A DNA stretch of 64,000 nucleotides, from contig DATIYJ010000029.1 in NCBI GenBank assembly GCA_035517655.1, positions 18,230 through 82,229 of the forward strand, read 5' to 3'. Positions 36,443 through 46,737 of the stretch are shown one piece after another (the stretch's first letter is position 1; the number at the start of each line of letters is the position of its first letter). The position numbers were made by a program, and so were the translations under genes. Source of the stretch: Nitrospiria bacterium (GTDB lineage: Bacteria; Nitrospirota; Nitrospiria; JACQBZ01). The notes beneath the pieces were generated by a model, which was not told where the DNA came from, did not search any database, and saw nothing but the letters and a program-made list of their open reading frames with translations.

Positions 36443-38333
36443 CCATCCACCCTTCGATCAATGAACGTTCCGCCTTCGACGGCATCGAAGGCTCCGATCC
36501 CGTCCGGATCTGCGTCATGAAGCCGTGGGGAAGCCCCCCGTGGTATCGCGCCCTCAGGGTCGTGATCGGCTCTTTGCTTCCGTATCGGTCCGATTTCCAA
36601 CCCGAGACCGGATCCTCTTCTCCGGAATGAAGCGAAATTTCCCCGCCTTCGACGACGAGACTGAAATCCCGACCGCGGGCGGTCAAAAGGAACCCGTCGC
36701 CATATGGGACCGGCAAAATCCCGCAGTGCCAGCGGAGGTCCAGAGTGTGGACCCCTTCGCCGGTCAGACGGTCGACGATCAGCCACAAACCCGGGGGACG
36801 ATGGATCACCGCGCGCCGGTGTTCAACGCCCCATTTCAGCCGATGATAACCGTCGTGAGAGGCCAACAGGCGAATTTCTCCGTCCCCGGCCTTCTCTCGG
36901 CGGATCAATCGGCTTTGAAAAGGGTGAGACCACATAAAAGGGGTTTCCTGAACCGCCTGATCCAACCCGTCCACCGTCACGGTGTTATGGGCGCTTGTCC
37001 CGCGAAAATACGACCTCCAGCGCGTGTCGCCGGTGTAGGTATACGTCCCGGAGTCGGCCAGGATTTCCTGCTTCCCCGACCGGAACAGGACGGACAGGGC
37101 GTCGGCGTGGCCATGTCCGTAGGAAGGAGGCATCCCCAGCGGCCCGTGGTCAAAGATGAGAAGCGCTTGCTCCTCCGCACCGCTCCGAATGACGGAATAG
37201 CCCGCCTCCTCAAAAGTGGTGAGGACCGGCGGCCTTTGCCTTTCCTCGCAGGGCGGCTGCAAGAGGGGAGAAAGCGCATACCCGTTGTCTCCGTCTCCAA
37301 TCGAGGGCCAAGGATCGGAAGTTTCCGCAAAAGCGTTGAGAAACGATCGGCCGCGCCGGTGCGCATCCCGGACCGCCGGAGGAACGGCTTGCTTGAAGTG
37401 TTGCAACAACCCGATCACGATCCCGTAGAGATCGACGATAAAGCGTTGATACCCGAACGCCTGCTCGATTCCGCCCCCGTCCGGCAGGATTTGACGATCG
37501 GCCTCCCGCTCCAAAATCGAGAGTCCCTGTTTCTTCCAGGCTTGGGCTCCTCGGAACTCGGGGAAGAGAACCCCCGCATAAACGAGCGCGGCCGACTCCG
37601 CGATCGTATGGTTTCCCGACGAGGAATAAAGGGAGGGCCTCTGGAAAATCAATCCCGCATGTCCCTTCACCAGATCCAACAGCGCCGGCCAGACGCGATC
37701 GGGCTGGCTCAGCTTCCGCCGGCCGATATCCAGCGCATGACAGGCCGCCAGAATCCGCAGGCCGCATTCCATGCTGGAAATATAGTGGATCCCTTTCATG
37801 AAAGGATTGGCCTCGACCCAGGAGAGGAATTGTTCCTCGAGGAGGCGGGCCGCTCGATCTCCGATTTCGGGCTCGGCACGGTCGGCCAGCAGCGCCAAGG
37901 GAATAAGATGCTGCAAGCGGGAAGGTTCCCAAGCGATGCGGACGTCTCCATAAGGGTTCCCGCTCCTGTAGGGAATGGATCCGAAAAAGGTCTGCGGCCA
38001 GATTCGTCCCGTGTCCGGGGCCTCATGCCAGACATCGGCTCCCGGCCGCCAGGTCCAGTCAAAGCCCGACGCCTTTACTTTTCCGTCCAGAAAATCTCCC
38101 GCTTCTTGCGGATCGTCCCCAACCGGCCGTGAGAATTCGGAAGACAGCGGAAGCCTTGATTCAGAGCCTTTGCAAAACTCAAATCGTTTCCAGTCATCAT
38201 CAGGATGTCCGGCGGCCGGCCGCCGGCGATATTGGACCTGCAACCGTTTCAGAGACCATTGTTCCCCAAATCGGTGGACGATTTCGGACGCGTCCATCAC
38301 TCTGAATCGCCGGATGTACCACTGGAGATCCAT
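36393..38333 (-). CDS. Heparinase II/III-like family protein
   Basis: 646 aa. Alpha/alpha toroid N-terminal region. C-terminal beta region with DHGPLGMPPSYGHGHADALS (Hepar_II_III hallmark). Confidence 0.7.
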   Translation of the reverse strand: MDLQWYIRRFRVMDASEIVHRFGEQWSLKRLQVQYRRRPAAGHPDDDWKRFEFCKGSESRLPLSSEFSRPVGDDPQEAGDFLDGKVKASGFDWTWRPGADVWHEAPDTGRIWPQTFFGSIPYRSGNPYGDVRIAWEPSRLQHLIPLALLADRAEPEIGDRAARLLEEQFLSWVEANPFMKGIHYISSMECGLRILAACHALDIGRRKLSQPDRVWPALLDLVKGHAGLIFQRPSLYSSSGNHTIAESAALVYAGVLFPEFRGAQAWKKQGLSILEREADRQILPDGGGIEQAFGYQRFIVDLYGIVIGLLQHFKQAVPPAVRDAHRRGRSFLNAFAETSDPWPSIGDGDNGYALSPLLQPPCEERQRPPVLTTFEEAGYSVIRSGAEEQALLIFDHGPLGMPPSYGHGHADALSVLFRSGKQEILADSGTYTYTGDTRWRSYFRGTSAHNTVTVDGLDQAVQETPFMWSHPFQSRLIRREKAGDGEIRLLASHDGYHRLKWGVEHRRAVIHRPPGLWLIVDRLTGEGVHTLDLRWHCGILPVPYGDGFLLTARGRDFSLVVEGGEISLHSGEEDPVSGWKSDRYGSKEPITTLRARYHGGLPHGFMTQIRTGSEPSMPSKAERSLIEGWMDEAQTNRVARRAGGLR

Positions 38334-40550
38334 TCAGGTATCATCCCCCGCTGAATTCGCATCGGTCGCCGAGCGCCGGACCGCGTAAACCCGCCCCGTG
38401 CTCTGGCTCTTCATCGCCAAGAAGCAGGCCCGGGTGACGGCCTCGATCTCTTCGAAGGAGATCGCCGGACGGTCTCCCTGAAGAATAGCCCGGACAAAGC
38501 GGCTCATTTCCGATCGGAACCCTTTATCGCAGCGGCCCGTTTTGAAAACGGTTTTTCGGCCGGCGGCATAATATTCCGAGAGCCTGAAATCATCCAGGAC
38601 CAGGGACCGTCCGTCCCCGAACGCTTCAAACCGTTCCTTCGCCAACGCCGCGTCTCCGCCCGCGGCATAGACGACCGTGCCGATCGAGCCGTCTTCGAAG
38701 GCCAACGACAGATGGGTTTGATCCGCCGTGATGCCGGAGCGATGCTCCGCGATTCTACGGGCATGGACGGAGATCGGCCGCGCGCCGCAAAGGAACTGGA
38801 GGACGTCGATAAAATGGCAGGCCTCTCCTATGACGCGGCCTCCTCCCGCGGCCGGATCCTGACTCCAGTGTTCCGCGGGAAGGAGTCCGGCATTCACGCG
38901 GTAGAGCATCACGAGCGGGTTCCGTCGATCCCGGAAGAATTGCCTGGCTTCATCCAGATGGGCGGAGAAACGCCGGTTGAATCCAACGAACAAATGGAGC
39001 CCCTCTTGGGCCCGCTCGGCATAAACCGAAGCAATGATCTCCAACTCCTCCTCGGTCAGGCAAAGAGGTTTTTCCACGAAAACATGCTTCCCCGCCCGGA
39101 GCGCTTCCACCACCATCCGGCCGTGGCTGTCGTGCCGCGTTCCGATCAACACGGCGTTGATCGACGGATCCTTGCACACCTCCCGATAATCGGTCGTGCA
39201 ATAAGTCGCTTGAATCTTCTCGGTCAGGACCTTTCCGTGGAGGCCCGTCGCCGTGCAGACCGCGCGGACCGCGACCTCTTTCATGGACAGGAGATGGGGA
39301 AGGAGACGATCCCGGACATGGTTCCCCGCCCCGATGAGCCCGAGGTTCAGTCGGCTCAGAGGCTGATTCGGAGCGACCTGAATAATTCGCGCCGGCTGGG
39401 ACGCGCCGGCCGAGGGATAGGAGACAAGGATCCCGAGATAAGGCTCTTGTCCCTCCGTCATGAGCCGATAGGCCCGCTCGGAATCCTGAATGGCGTATCG
39501 GTGCGTCACCAAAGGTTTCAGACGGATCCTTCCCTGCTGGACCAGGTCGAGAAAAGCCCGCATGTTGCGGTTTTCGGTCCATCGGACATAACCGTAGGGG
39601 TAGTCGTGTCCCTTCTCCTCGTATTCGCCGTCGTAGCGACCCGGCCCGTAAGACATGGACAAGCGCAGGTCCAATTCCTTCTTATAATAGGGCTCGCGGG
39701 GCAGGGTCATCCCCACCGCGCCCACCACGACAACGCGTCCTTTCTTTCGCGAGATCTCTCCGGCGACCTCGACCGGACCGTTTTCCTTGGTACTGGCCGT
39801 GATCAGCGCGGCGTCGACGCCGTGCCCGGACGTAAAAGCGGCGGCTGCGTCGACCAAGGCGTCGGGAAGCGCCGCCGAGTCCGCGCCGAAGGTCCTGGCC
39901 ATCTCCAGTCTGTCGGGGTCAAGATCCGAAGCCAGCACGAAACATCCCGAGGCTTTTAACAATTGGACGGTCATCTGGCCCAAAAGACCGAGACCGATCA
40001 CCGCCACACGATCGCCCAAACGAGGCTCGGTCTGACGGACCGCCTGAAGCGCAATCGCGCCCAGGGCCACGAAGGAGGCATCCTCAAAATCGACTCCGGT
40101 CGGAATCTTAACGCAAAGGTTCTTTGGAACATAAACGACCTCGGCATGCGAGGCATAATTCTGTCCCGCACAGGCCACACCCTCGCCCACCGAAAGTCCG
40201 CTCACCTTCTCCCCCACGCTCAGTACGGTGCCGGCGCAGCTGTAGCCGAGGGCGGCCGGGGAATCGAGCCGATCGAGGGCCATTCTCAGCGTATCGATCA
40301 GACCGTCTTTCCGGGCCTGATTCAGCATTTTCCGGACCATCTCGGGGCGATCGAGGGCCTTGCCCACCAGGCTTTTCTGCGCCATCTGCACGGTGGTTTT
40401 CTCCGTTCCGGCACTGATCAGGGAAAAGCGATTGGCCACCAAAATTCCGCCGGGACGCAAGGTCGGAGCGGGAAGTTCGTCGACCTTCAACACGCCTGTA
40501 CGATAATTTTGAACGATCTGCTTCATAGGAATCGATATTGGCACACACAC
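38334..40550 (-). CDS. Bi-domain oxidoreductase: N-terminal Zn-dependent MDR alcohol dehydrogenase fold plus C-terminal Gfo/Idh/MocA NAD(P)-binding oxidoreductase
   Basis: 738 aa. MDR half: GVACAGQNYASHAE, VAVIGLGLLGQMTVQLLKASG. Gfo/Idh/MocA half: LNLGLIGAGNHVRDRLLPHL...EKPLCLTEEE. Confidence 0.75.
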   Translation of the reverse strand: MCVPISIPMKQIVQNYRTGVLKVDELPAPTLRPGGILVANRFSLISAGTEKTTVQMAQKSLVGKALDRPEMVRKMLNQARKDGLIDTLRMALDRLDSPAALGYSCAGTVLSVGEKVSGLSVGEGVACAGQNYASHAEVVYVPKNLCVKIPTGVDFEDASFVALGAIALQAVRQTEPRLGDRVAVIGLGLLGQMTVQLLKASGCFVLASDLDPDRLEMARTFGADSAALPDALVDAAAAFTSGHGVDAALITASTKENGPVEVAGEISRKKGRVVVVGAVGMTLPREPYYKKELDLRLSMSYGPGRYDGEYEEKGHDYPYGYVRWTENRNMRAFLDLVQQGRIRLKPLVTHRYAIQDSERAYRLMTEGQEPYLGILVSYPSAGASQPARIIQVAPNQPLSRLNLGLIGAGNHVRDRLLPHLLSMKEVAVRAVCTATGLHGKVLTEKIQATYCTTDYREVCKDPSINAVLIGTRHDSHGRMVVEALRAGKHVFVEKPLCLTEEELEIIASVYAERAQEGLHLFVGFNRRFSAHLDEARQFFRDRRNPLVMLYRVNAGLLPAEHWSQDPAAGGGRVIGEACHFIDVLQFLCGARPISVHARRIAEHRSGITADQTHLSLAFEDGSIGTVVYAAGGDAALAKERFEAFGDGRSLVLDDFRLSEYYAAGRKTVFKTGRCDKGFRSEMSRFVRAILQGDRPAISFEEIEAVTRACFLAMKSQSTGRVYAVRRSATDANSAGDDT

Positions 40551-40743
40551 ACCAAAAAACCTAATGACGACGGCACCGCGGGTTTCATGGAAGGGAACTT
40601 ATCACGCCGTCAATCACGGCATAATCAAGGTCATGTAAATTCTCTGTTAACTCTTATCAATCCAAGAAATTTTTCCGATTCAGAATTGGAGGGAGACCCA
40701 AGGGGCCGAAGGAAAGGATCTCTTTGAAAACGTGGTTACGCGA

Positions 40744-42084
40744 TTAGGGGGAAGTGGATGTTGAGCAAGGAAGATGAGAAACAACAAAACGAAATTTTCC
40801 ACCGGCCGTTCGATCGATGCGTTCCACGTATTCGAACCGCACGCGAATCGAATCCCCGAGCCGGAGACGGGCCTCGGCCCGAATCCGTTGTTCATCGTGC
40901 GGCGAATAACCCGGGTTGCGGACGACCCGGATGACCACCTCGTCCGGTCGACTCTGCACGATCTGCGCTTCGCGGACGCGGGTCGCATCTTTAAAAAGGT
41001 GATCGAGCCGCCCCACGATACGACCCTCGGGGGTCCGGACATAATCTTCAACGCGGCCTTCGATCCGCTCAACCAGGGGAAAGGCGCAACCGCAGGCGCA
41101 CGGACCCTTCCGCGGGGTGGCCGCATCGCCCACGCGGTAGCGTATCAGCGGCATGGCCCGGTTGTTCAAGCCGGTGCAGACCATTGTGCCGTCATCGAGC
41201 AGGTCCAACAGACCGTAGTCCGTGCGATAATGCAAGCCGCCCGCGGCGCATTGCACGATATTGCAGGTCATCTCGGTATTCCCATACCAATTGAACACCG
41301 GCGCGCCGAAAGCTTGCCGGATCGCTTCGCGTTGGAAATCAAGCAAGGTTTCGCTGGCGGTAAAGACGGCCCGCGGCCGAAGCGCATCGATCCCGTTGTC
41401 CTGGACATGGCGCGCCAGAAGATAAAGCGACGAAGGATACCCATGCACAAAGTCCGGCCGGAAGTCGGTCAGCGCCTTAATATAGGAGGCAAGGTTTTGG
41501 GGCGTGAAATGATACGAGGAGCACAGCAATCGTTTTTCGACATGGTCCGCCCGCCAGAACGGCGGATGGCTTTGACGGGCGGGAACCACGGGATGGCCTG
41601 AAACGTAGGCCCCTCGGCTCAGGTAGGGGACGCCGCCCCAGGCCCGGTGACGCCACCGGAACGCCATCTCCATTTGGTGATAGTCCCGACTGATGCGGAC
41701 CGTCAACGGCGTCCCCGTGGTACCGCTGGTTTTCAGCGTCAACAGCGCCCCGGGCGAATACTCATCGGACAAGAATTCTTCGAGCCGGGCGGCCACGGCG
41801 CTTTTTTCCAAAAGAGGCCACGCCGACAGGTCGTCGGGGGGCAGACCCTGCCGCCGGTAATACGGCACATGCCGACTGGCATACTCCAACATCCGGCGCA
41901 CGGCCGCCTGTTGTTCATCGAGCAACCGATCCAGGGAGGCGCGTTCGTTCTGCTCCAGTCGACGGAGCGACTCATGGAAAAACGCGCCGTATTTCAACCG
42001 GAACGTCCGCAGGCTGACCAGATTGACCGCGAACGTTTGCGCCCAGACGGGCAACGCATCGTATGCCGTTTTACCCGGGATCAT
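40744..42084 (-). CDS. Adenylate-forming enzyme, phenylacetate-CoA ligase-like (PaaK/CapK/F390-synthetase family)
   Basis: Probable start MIPGKTAYD at 42084. LKTSGTTGTPL P-loop-like AMP-binding motif. PaaK-like size. Confidence 0.75.
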   Translation of the reverse strand: MIPGKTAYDALPVWAQTFAVNLVSLRTFRLKYGAFFHESLRRLEQNERASLDRLLDEQQAAVRRMLEYASRHVPYYRRQGLPPDDLSAWPLLEKSAVAARLEEFLSDEYSPGALLTLKTSGTTGTPLTVRISRDYHQMEMAFRWRHRAWGGVPYLSRGAYVSGHPVVPARQSHPPFWRADHVEKRLLCSSYHFTPQNLASYIKALTDFRPDFVHGYPSSLYLLARHVQDNGIDALRPRAVFTASETLLDFQREAIRQAFGAPVFNWYGNTEMTCNIVQCAAGGLHYRTDYGLLDLLDDGTMVCTGLNNRAMPLIRYRVGDAATPRKGPCACGCAFPLVERIEGRVEDYVRTPEGRIVGRLDHLFKDATRVREAQIVQSRPDEVVIRVVRNPGYSPHDEQRIRAEARLRLGDSIRVRFEYVERIDRTAGGKFRFVVSHLPCSTSTSP

Positions 42085-43445
42085 GGAAAGGTCGCCGGCC
42101 CCGGCTCCGCGACGCCGACCCCGTTCTCCGCTTCGATATGACCGGTCCACCCGAAATGGGGTCGAAAATGGAGGATCCTTCCCGCGTCCGGAACGATCCG
42201 GATCTGCTCGGGAGAAAAATCAACCAACGGCAGGTCGGAAAGACGAAAGGCCTCCCGAATGGTCGGAATTTTCCGCCAGTCGAATCCCATGAGTTCGGCC
42301 GCCGCCCAATCGGCCGCGACGGGATTCGTCCCGCCGACCAGCACGCCGCAGGGCTTGGCGTCGGCCTCCATCGGCCCGTTGCCCTCCCCCGCGACGATGC
42401 CGTCGATAATCGTGAGATACCGGAGCGGTTTTCGTCTCGCTTGAGCCGTCCCGTCGAAGTGAAAGAGGATCCGATTCAAATCCAGGGTCATCCGCCAGGT
42501 CGTGTCGTTGCCGTGCCAGTTGCCGCTGCGGACCACCGCGTGGGTGGACCCGAACATCCTCGCGCCGAGGCGGACGGCGACGGGCGCCCACAGTTTCGCG
42601 GCCGGCCCGGACCATTTCGCCGCCTGCTTGAAACCGGAAATGAGCAGACTTTGCAGCCGAGAGGCGGAGTCGCTGCGCGGAAACTCGTCGCCCCCTTGGG
42701 CCGGCGTGCCGATGCAGAAATGCGGGAGATAATTTTTGTCCCCGTTGATGCCGACCAGATTTTTAAGGCTCAACGTGACGCCGACCTTCTTGTGCGTTTT
42801 CAACTTGGGCAAGTTGATAAAAACATCCGCGTCCATCGCGCTTCGCGAAATCAGGTACTCGTGACGTCCGTTCGAATGGTGCGACGCGGTAAACGCCGTG
42901 TCGTAATCGGCGCCGTAGAAGGCTCCGGCCTTGCCGTGAAAGCTGCTGTGTTCGCCGAGATCCACCAAGGTGTATCCCCGCGGGTCCTCCCGAAGCCGGC
43001 GCCGCTCGACCACCACACCGCGCTCGGTCCGCCAGTACTCGCGGCGAAGGTCGAGGATCTCCACGTTCATGCCGGGATGGTCGCGTCCCAACCGCTCTTG
43101 CAACGCCGCCATGCCCGTCCGCGAGCATATCCGGCCGAAATCGCTGTCGGTCTGAGGCGCATCGGCGATCGTAATCGTCCCCCGGCCGCCGAGGGCGTCC
43201 GCCACCTCGAAGGCGACGGCCGCGATGACCGACCCGTGCGTGATAATCTGTTCCCATTCGCCGGGACGTTCCGTGTGCGACTCGCGGATGAAATTCGGTT
43301 TCAGCAGCACGCGATCCCCCGGCCGGATGATCTCCGACCAGGTCAAGCCGAGTTCCTTCAGAACGCGTCGGACCGAAGCGCGCACCACGTCGATCTCGTA
43401 CCGGGGCTCCTGCCGAATGACCGCAACGAGTCGAGGATCGATCAT
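42081..43445 (-). CDS. DUF362 domain protein
   Basis: Start MIDPRLVAV at 43445. DUF362-like core (…INLPKLKTHKKVGVTLSLKNLVGINGDKNYLPHF…). 4-bp overlaps on both sides. The ORF track's upstream extension has implausible composition. Confidence 0.65.
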   Translation of the reverse strand: MIDPRLVAVIRQEPRYEIDVVRASVRRVLKELGLTWSEIIRPGDRVLLKPNFIRESHTERPGEWEQIITHGSVIAAVAFEVADALGGRGTITIADAPQTDSDFGRICSRTGMAALQERLGRDHPGMNVEILDLRREYWRTERGVVVERRRLREDPRGYTLVDLGEHSSFHGKAGAFYGADYDTAFTASHHSNGRHEYLISRSAMDADVFINLPKLKTHKKVGVTLSLKNLVGINGDKNYLPHFCIGTPAQGGDEFPRSDSASRLQSLLISGFKQAAKWSGPAAKLWAPVAVRLGARMFGSTHAVVRSGNWHGNDTTWRMTLDLNRILFHFDGTAQARRKPLRYLTIIDGIVAGEGNGPMEADAKPCGVLVGGTNPVAADWAAAELMGFDWRKIPTIREAFRLSDLPLVDFSPEQIRIVPDAGRILHFRPHFGWTGHIEAENGVGVAEPGPATFP

Positions 43446-44614
43446 GACAGCCCCCCGACGTCCGCCCGCCGGCGGCCCCGTCTCTGCGCGGAGGCCATCG
43501 TCTGACGAAAGGCCCCCTCCAGGCGAAACGCAAACCGTTCCATCGTAAAACATTCCTCGACGCGCTTCAGGGCGTTCGCCGCCATCTCCCGCCGCAAAGC
43601 GGGATGGCGAATCAACCGGACGATTTTTTCCGCGATGGCCTGCGGCGAATGGGGAGGAATGATAAACCCGGTGACCCCGTCCAGAACGGTCTCTTTCAGA
43701 CAACCGCGGTCCGTTGCGACCACCGGAAGCCCCGCGCTCATCGCCTCCAGCACCGTGATCGGCTGACCCTCTTGCTGGATGCCGGGGAACACAAAGACGT
43801 CGCCGGAGCGCAGGAAGTCGCTTTTGGGCCGTCCCGTGACGGAGCCGACAAAGCGGACTTTCCCCGCCAGGCCGAGCGCCGCCACCGTTTCCTCGGCTTC
43901 CATCCGGGTCGCGTCCCCCCACCACGGCCCCGCGATGAGAAATTCCACGTCGGCGTGGGCCGTCACGACCATCGGAACCGCCTCCAGCAACACGAAGAGG
44001 CCTTTTTGCCGGCTCAGGCTGGATAAGAACACCACCCGAAATATTTTGGGCCCGGGCGGAGCCAAAACCGGCCCGGACCGTTGCCGAACGGCATCGGACG
44101 GCACGCCGTTGGGAACGACCGAGATCCGCTCCGGCGCCGCCCAGCGGCGGAAGATCGGCCGGAGCATTTCGCCCAGGACGATGAACCGCGAGACTCGCCT
44201 GAGAATCATCCCCATATAGGCCTTCCAGAATAGTCCCCCATTGGAATATAACGTCTCCAAATAAGCGCCGTGGAGATGAACCACAACGGGGATCCGCGCG
44301 AGGAAGGCCGGAATCATGAACAGGCTGTCCCGGAGAAACCCGATCCGTGTCTGGGAAACGGGCAGGTAGAACAGCGCCGGCCTCTCCTTCAGGATGAGCG
44401 CCAGGTTCCGAAAAAATTGCCTCGCGAAGAGCGCGACATCGTAAACATCGGGCTTGTCGACATGGTCGATGCCCCTCCGGTCCGTAATATCCAAATGGAC
44501 CAACCGGAACGTCTCGGCCATCGGCGATGCCAAAAGGGTCTGCATGGCCGTGCTGACGCCGTGATGGGGCGGCGGAATCGGGCCGATCAGGAGCAGGGTC
44601 GGTCTCTCAGCCAT
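43442..44614 (-). CDS. Glycosyltransferase family 4 (GT-B, RfaB-like)
   Basis: 390 aa. C-terminal GT1/GT4 motif FVFPGIQQEGQPITVLEAMSAGLPVVATDRGCLKETV. Confidence 0.8.
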   Translation of the reverse strand: MAERPTLLLIGPIPPPHHGVSTAMQTLLASPMAETFRLVHLDITDRRGIDHVDKPDVYDVALFARQFFRNLALILKERPALFYLPVSQTRIGFLRDSLFMIPAFLARIPVVVHLHGAYLETLYSNGGLFWKAYMGMILRRVSRFIVLGEMLRPIFRRWAAPERISVVPNGVPSDAVRQRSGPVLAPPGPKIFRVVFLSSLSRQKGLFVLLEAVPMVVTAHADVEFLIAGPWWGDATRMEAEETVAALGLAGKVRFVGSVTGRPKSDFLRSGDVFVFPGIQQEGQPITVLEAMSAGLPVVATDRGCLKETVLDGVTGFIIPPHSPQAIAEKIVRLIRHPALRREMAANALKRVEECFTMERFAFRLEGAFRQTMASAQRRGRRRADVGGLS

Positions 44615-44712
44615 TAGGCTTGATCCTTTTTCGAAAAGGTTGGATCACCGTTGTTTGTCCGGCCTTCAGACAACCGTGCATGCCGTCCCGATGAGCGAAG
44701 GTCGTCCGAAGC

Positions 44713-45855
44713 TTACGCCGCCGCGGTCGCTCTGTTCCAACGCGGACGGGCCGGCGTCGCAAATGTCGTTCTGCGAAGATTTTCTATCTGATCGTCGGTC
44801 AGTAAATTGTACAGATAGAGGGCAACCCCATTACCCCCTCCAACGTCGCGGGACTGCGCCAGCACGCGTGCGACCTCTTCCCCATCCCGAGCGACGGCCC
44901 TTCGGCTGGAACCGATAAAACCGAAGTTCCCGCAAAGAACCGCCATGGCCTGCGGCCGCTTCATACGGGCCTTCAGGGCCTTCAGTCGCGTCCAGTCCGG
45001 ATTCTCGGAATACTCCATGCTGTACAGCACATCGATCAGCCCGCTGTCGGCCCACCGAAGGCTATCCTGTCCTTGAATATAGGTGTCCGGGCTTCCCGGA
45101 TTGGCGCATACGCTGATCACCATGTTCCTCCCCGTTTGTCGAACCGCCGTCGAGACTCGACGCACGATTTCTCCAACGGCCTTTTCTTGCCACCGGGCCA
45201 GGGCCCCTCGCGCATCGCTCGACACGCCATAAATCATACGGTCCGCAACGAGATTTCTCCCGGTTTCTTTGCGGTAGTCATCGATACAGTACGGGCTTTG
45301 CGATATTCCCACCGCGCGAATGTAGTCCAGATTGATCCCCTGCACGGGATACCGGGAGACGCATTCCAGCATGAGGTCGCAGATAAAGTCCCGAAACTCA
45401 GGGCGATGGACATCGAAGGCCAGCTCGGGGGTGCCCGGATCGTGGAATTGCGGAAAAAAATCCCGCTGCCTTAACATCACATTGAACCAGGGATGAACCT
45501 CGATCTGATAACGGCCGGCGGTCTTGATCAGGTTATCCAGAGGATCAAATCCCGGGTCGGACTTCGCGATGTCCGCCAATCGATCGCTGTCCCAGGGAGC
45601 CGTGCCGGACGGCCAACTGGTTCCCCTTCCATGCCATACGCTCGGCATCAACACGTTGAAGCCGGCCCGTTTGATCCTTTCGCACATTTTTTCCGCCCTG
45701 CGCGGCGTGATCCAATTCAAGCTCTCGTCAAACATGGCGCGCGATTCGTACATTTCCTCCCCGGACCCGGCTCCGTCGTAAAACGGCCACAGCCCGGCCC
45801 CCGCCGATAAAGCGGCCAGCTTTAGAAATTCACGCCGCGAGAAATTCATACGCAT
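44713..45855 (-). CDS. Tat-signal TIM-barrel glycoside-hydrolase-like protein (GHL10-like), periplasmic
   Basis: 380 aa. Twin-arginine signal MRMNFSRREFLKLAALSAGAG. (beta/alpha)8-like periodicity. Family assignment uncertain. Confidence 0.55.
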   Translation of the reverse strand: MRMNFSRREFLKLAALSAGAGLWPFYDGAGSGEEMYESRAMFDESLNWITPRRAEKMCERIKRAGFNVLMPSVWHGRGTSWPSGTAPWDSDRLADIAKSDPGFDPLDNLIKTAGRYQIEVHPWFNVMLRQRDFFPQFHDPGTPELAFDVHRPEFRDFICDLMLECVSRYPVQGINLDYIRAVGISQSPYCIDDYRKETGRNLVADRMIYGVSSDARGALARWQEKAVGEIVRRVSTAVRQTGRNMVISVCANPGSPDTYIQGQDSLRWADSGLIDVLYSMEYSENPDWTRLKALKARMKRPQAMAVLCGNFGFIGSSRRAVARDGEEVARVLAQSRDVGGGNGVALYLYNLLTDDQIENLRRTTFATPARPRWNRATAAA

Positions 45856-45957
45856 TCTGATATCGAAGGTGCGACCGGCCGGCCATGACGGCCCTCACGT
45901 CACTCACGAGCGCGAATCCGGACGAAGCGCCGTCGTTTCCGGCGACCGGATGGACAC

Positions 45958-46656
45958 TCATTTTCTGGCCTCGACAAAAAGGGTTTCGTCCGGCCGGTTA
46001 TCGAGGATGTCGATATCCGGGACGTTTCCCTCGCGGAACGTCATTCGTTCGATTTGAGCAAATCCGGCCTTCTCCAGAAGCATCTTTAACAGATCGAAAT
46101 CGTACATATAGTGGTGGTGATTCCAATAGCCCGCCCGTGATCGGTTAAAGAAGAATTCAAGGGCCTGCTCCTTTGCGCCTTGCTGGAACAATCGAAAGGC
46201 GTGCTCGACGTCCGGAACGGCGATTCGGATCAGGCCGTCCCGCCGGAGGGCGCGGAACGCATCGCGCAGGAGCCGTTCCGCTTCCTCCCGAAACATGTGT
46301 TCCAAAACGTGCGAGGAATAAATCACATCCACCGTCTCATCCTCAAACGGCACCCCGTACTCCAAGCGGTGGTGCACGAAACGGTGGCTCTTTAAAATCG
46401 AGATATACTCCGAGCGGGAATACCACTGCCGGTTGTCGGACCAGTCGTACAACCGGTTCAGAACGAACGACGGAAACCCCGAAACCAGCGCGTTGAGGCT
46501 GGCATCCACATTGATCCATCCCGGCGCGACGGTGAGACCCGAACCAAGATTGACCTTGACGGGCGTGTCGCCCGCCGAAACACGTCGACGCTTCCTCGCC
46601 CACGCGATAAAAATCGCGGCCTTGTCAAACAGACGCGCCATGGCGTACAAAACCAT
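45958..46656 (-). CDS. Class I SAM-dependent methyltransferase
   Basis: 232 aa. VNLGSGLTVAPGWINVD (motif I), VDVIYSSHVLEHM. Confidence 0.7.
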   Translation of the reverse strand: MVLYAMARLFDKAAIFIAWARKRRRVSAGDTPVKVNLGSGLTVAPGWINVDASLNALVSGFPSFVLNRLYDWSDNRQWYSRSEYISILKSHRFVHHRLEYGVPFEDETVDVIYSSHVLEHMFREEAERLLRDAFRALRRDGLIRIAVPDVEHAFRLFQQGAKEQALEFFFNRSRAGYWNHHHYMYDFDLLKMLLEKAGFAQIERMTFREGNVPDIDILDNRPDETLFVEARK

Positions 46657-46737
46657 TGAAAGGTTGTTTGTTCATAACGGTCGGTCTTCCCCTCTCATCC
46701 GCACGGCGCATCCATTCATAAATACGGCCATCCTCTA

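Noticed and set aside
42081-43925. Full 614-aa ORF-track extent for the DUF362 gene
   Set aside because: The upstream 160 codons are Gly/Arg-rich low-complexity overlapping the GT4 gene in another frame. The internal Met (MIDPRLVAV) at 43445 gives a 4-bp overlap with the upstream gene and a sensible N-terminus, so the extension is treated as artefactual.
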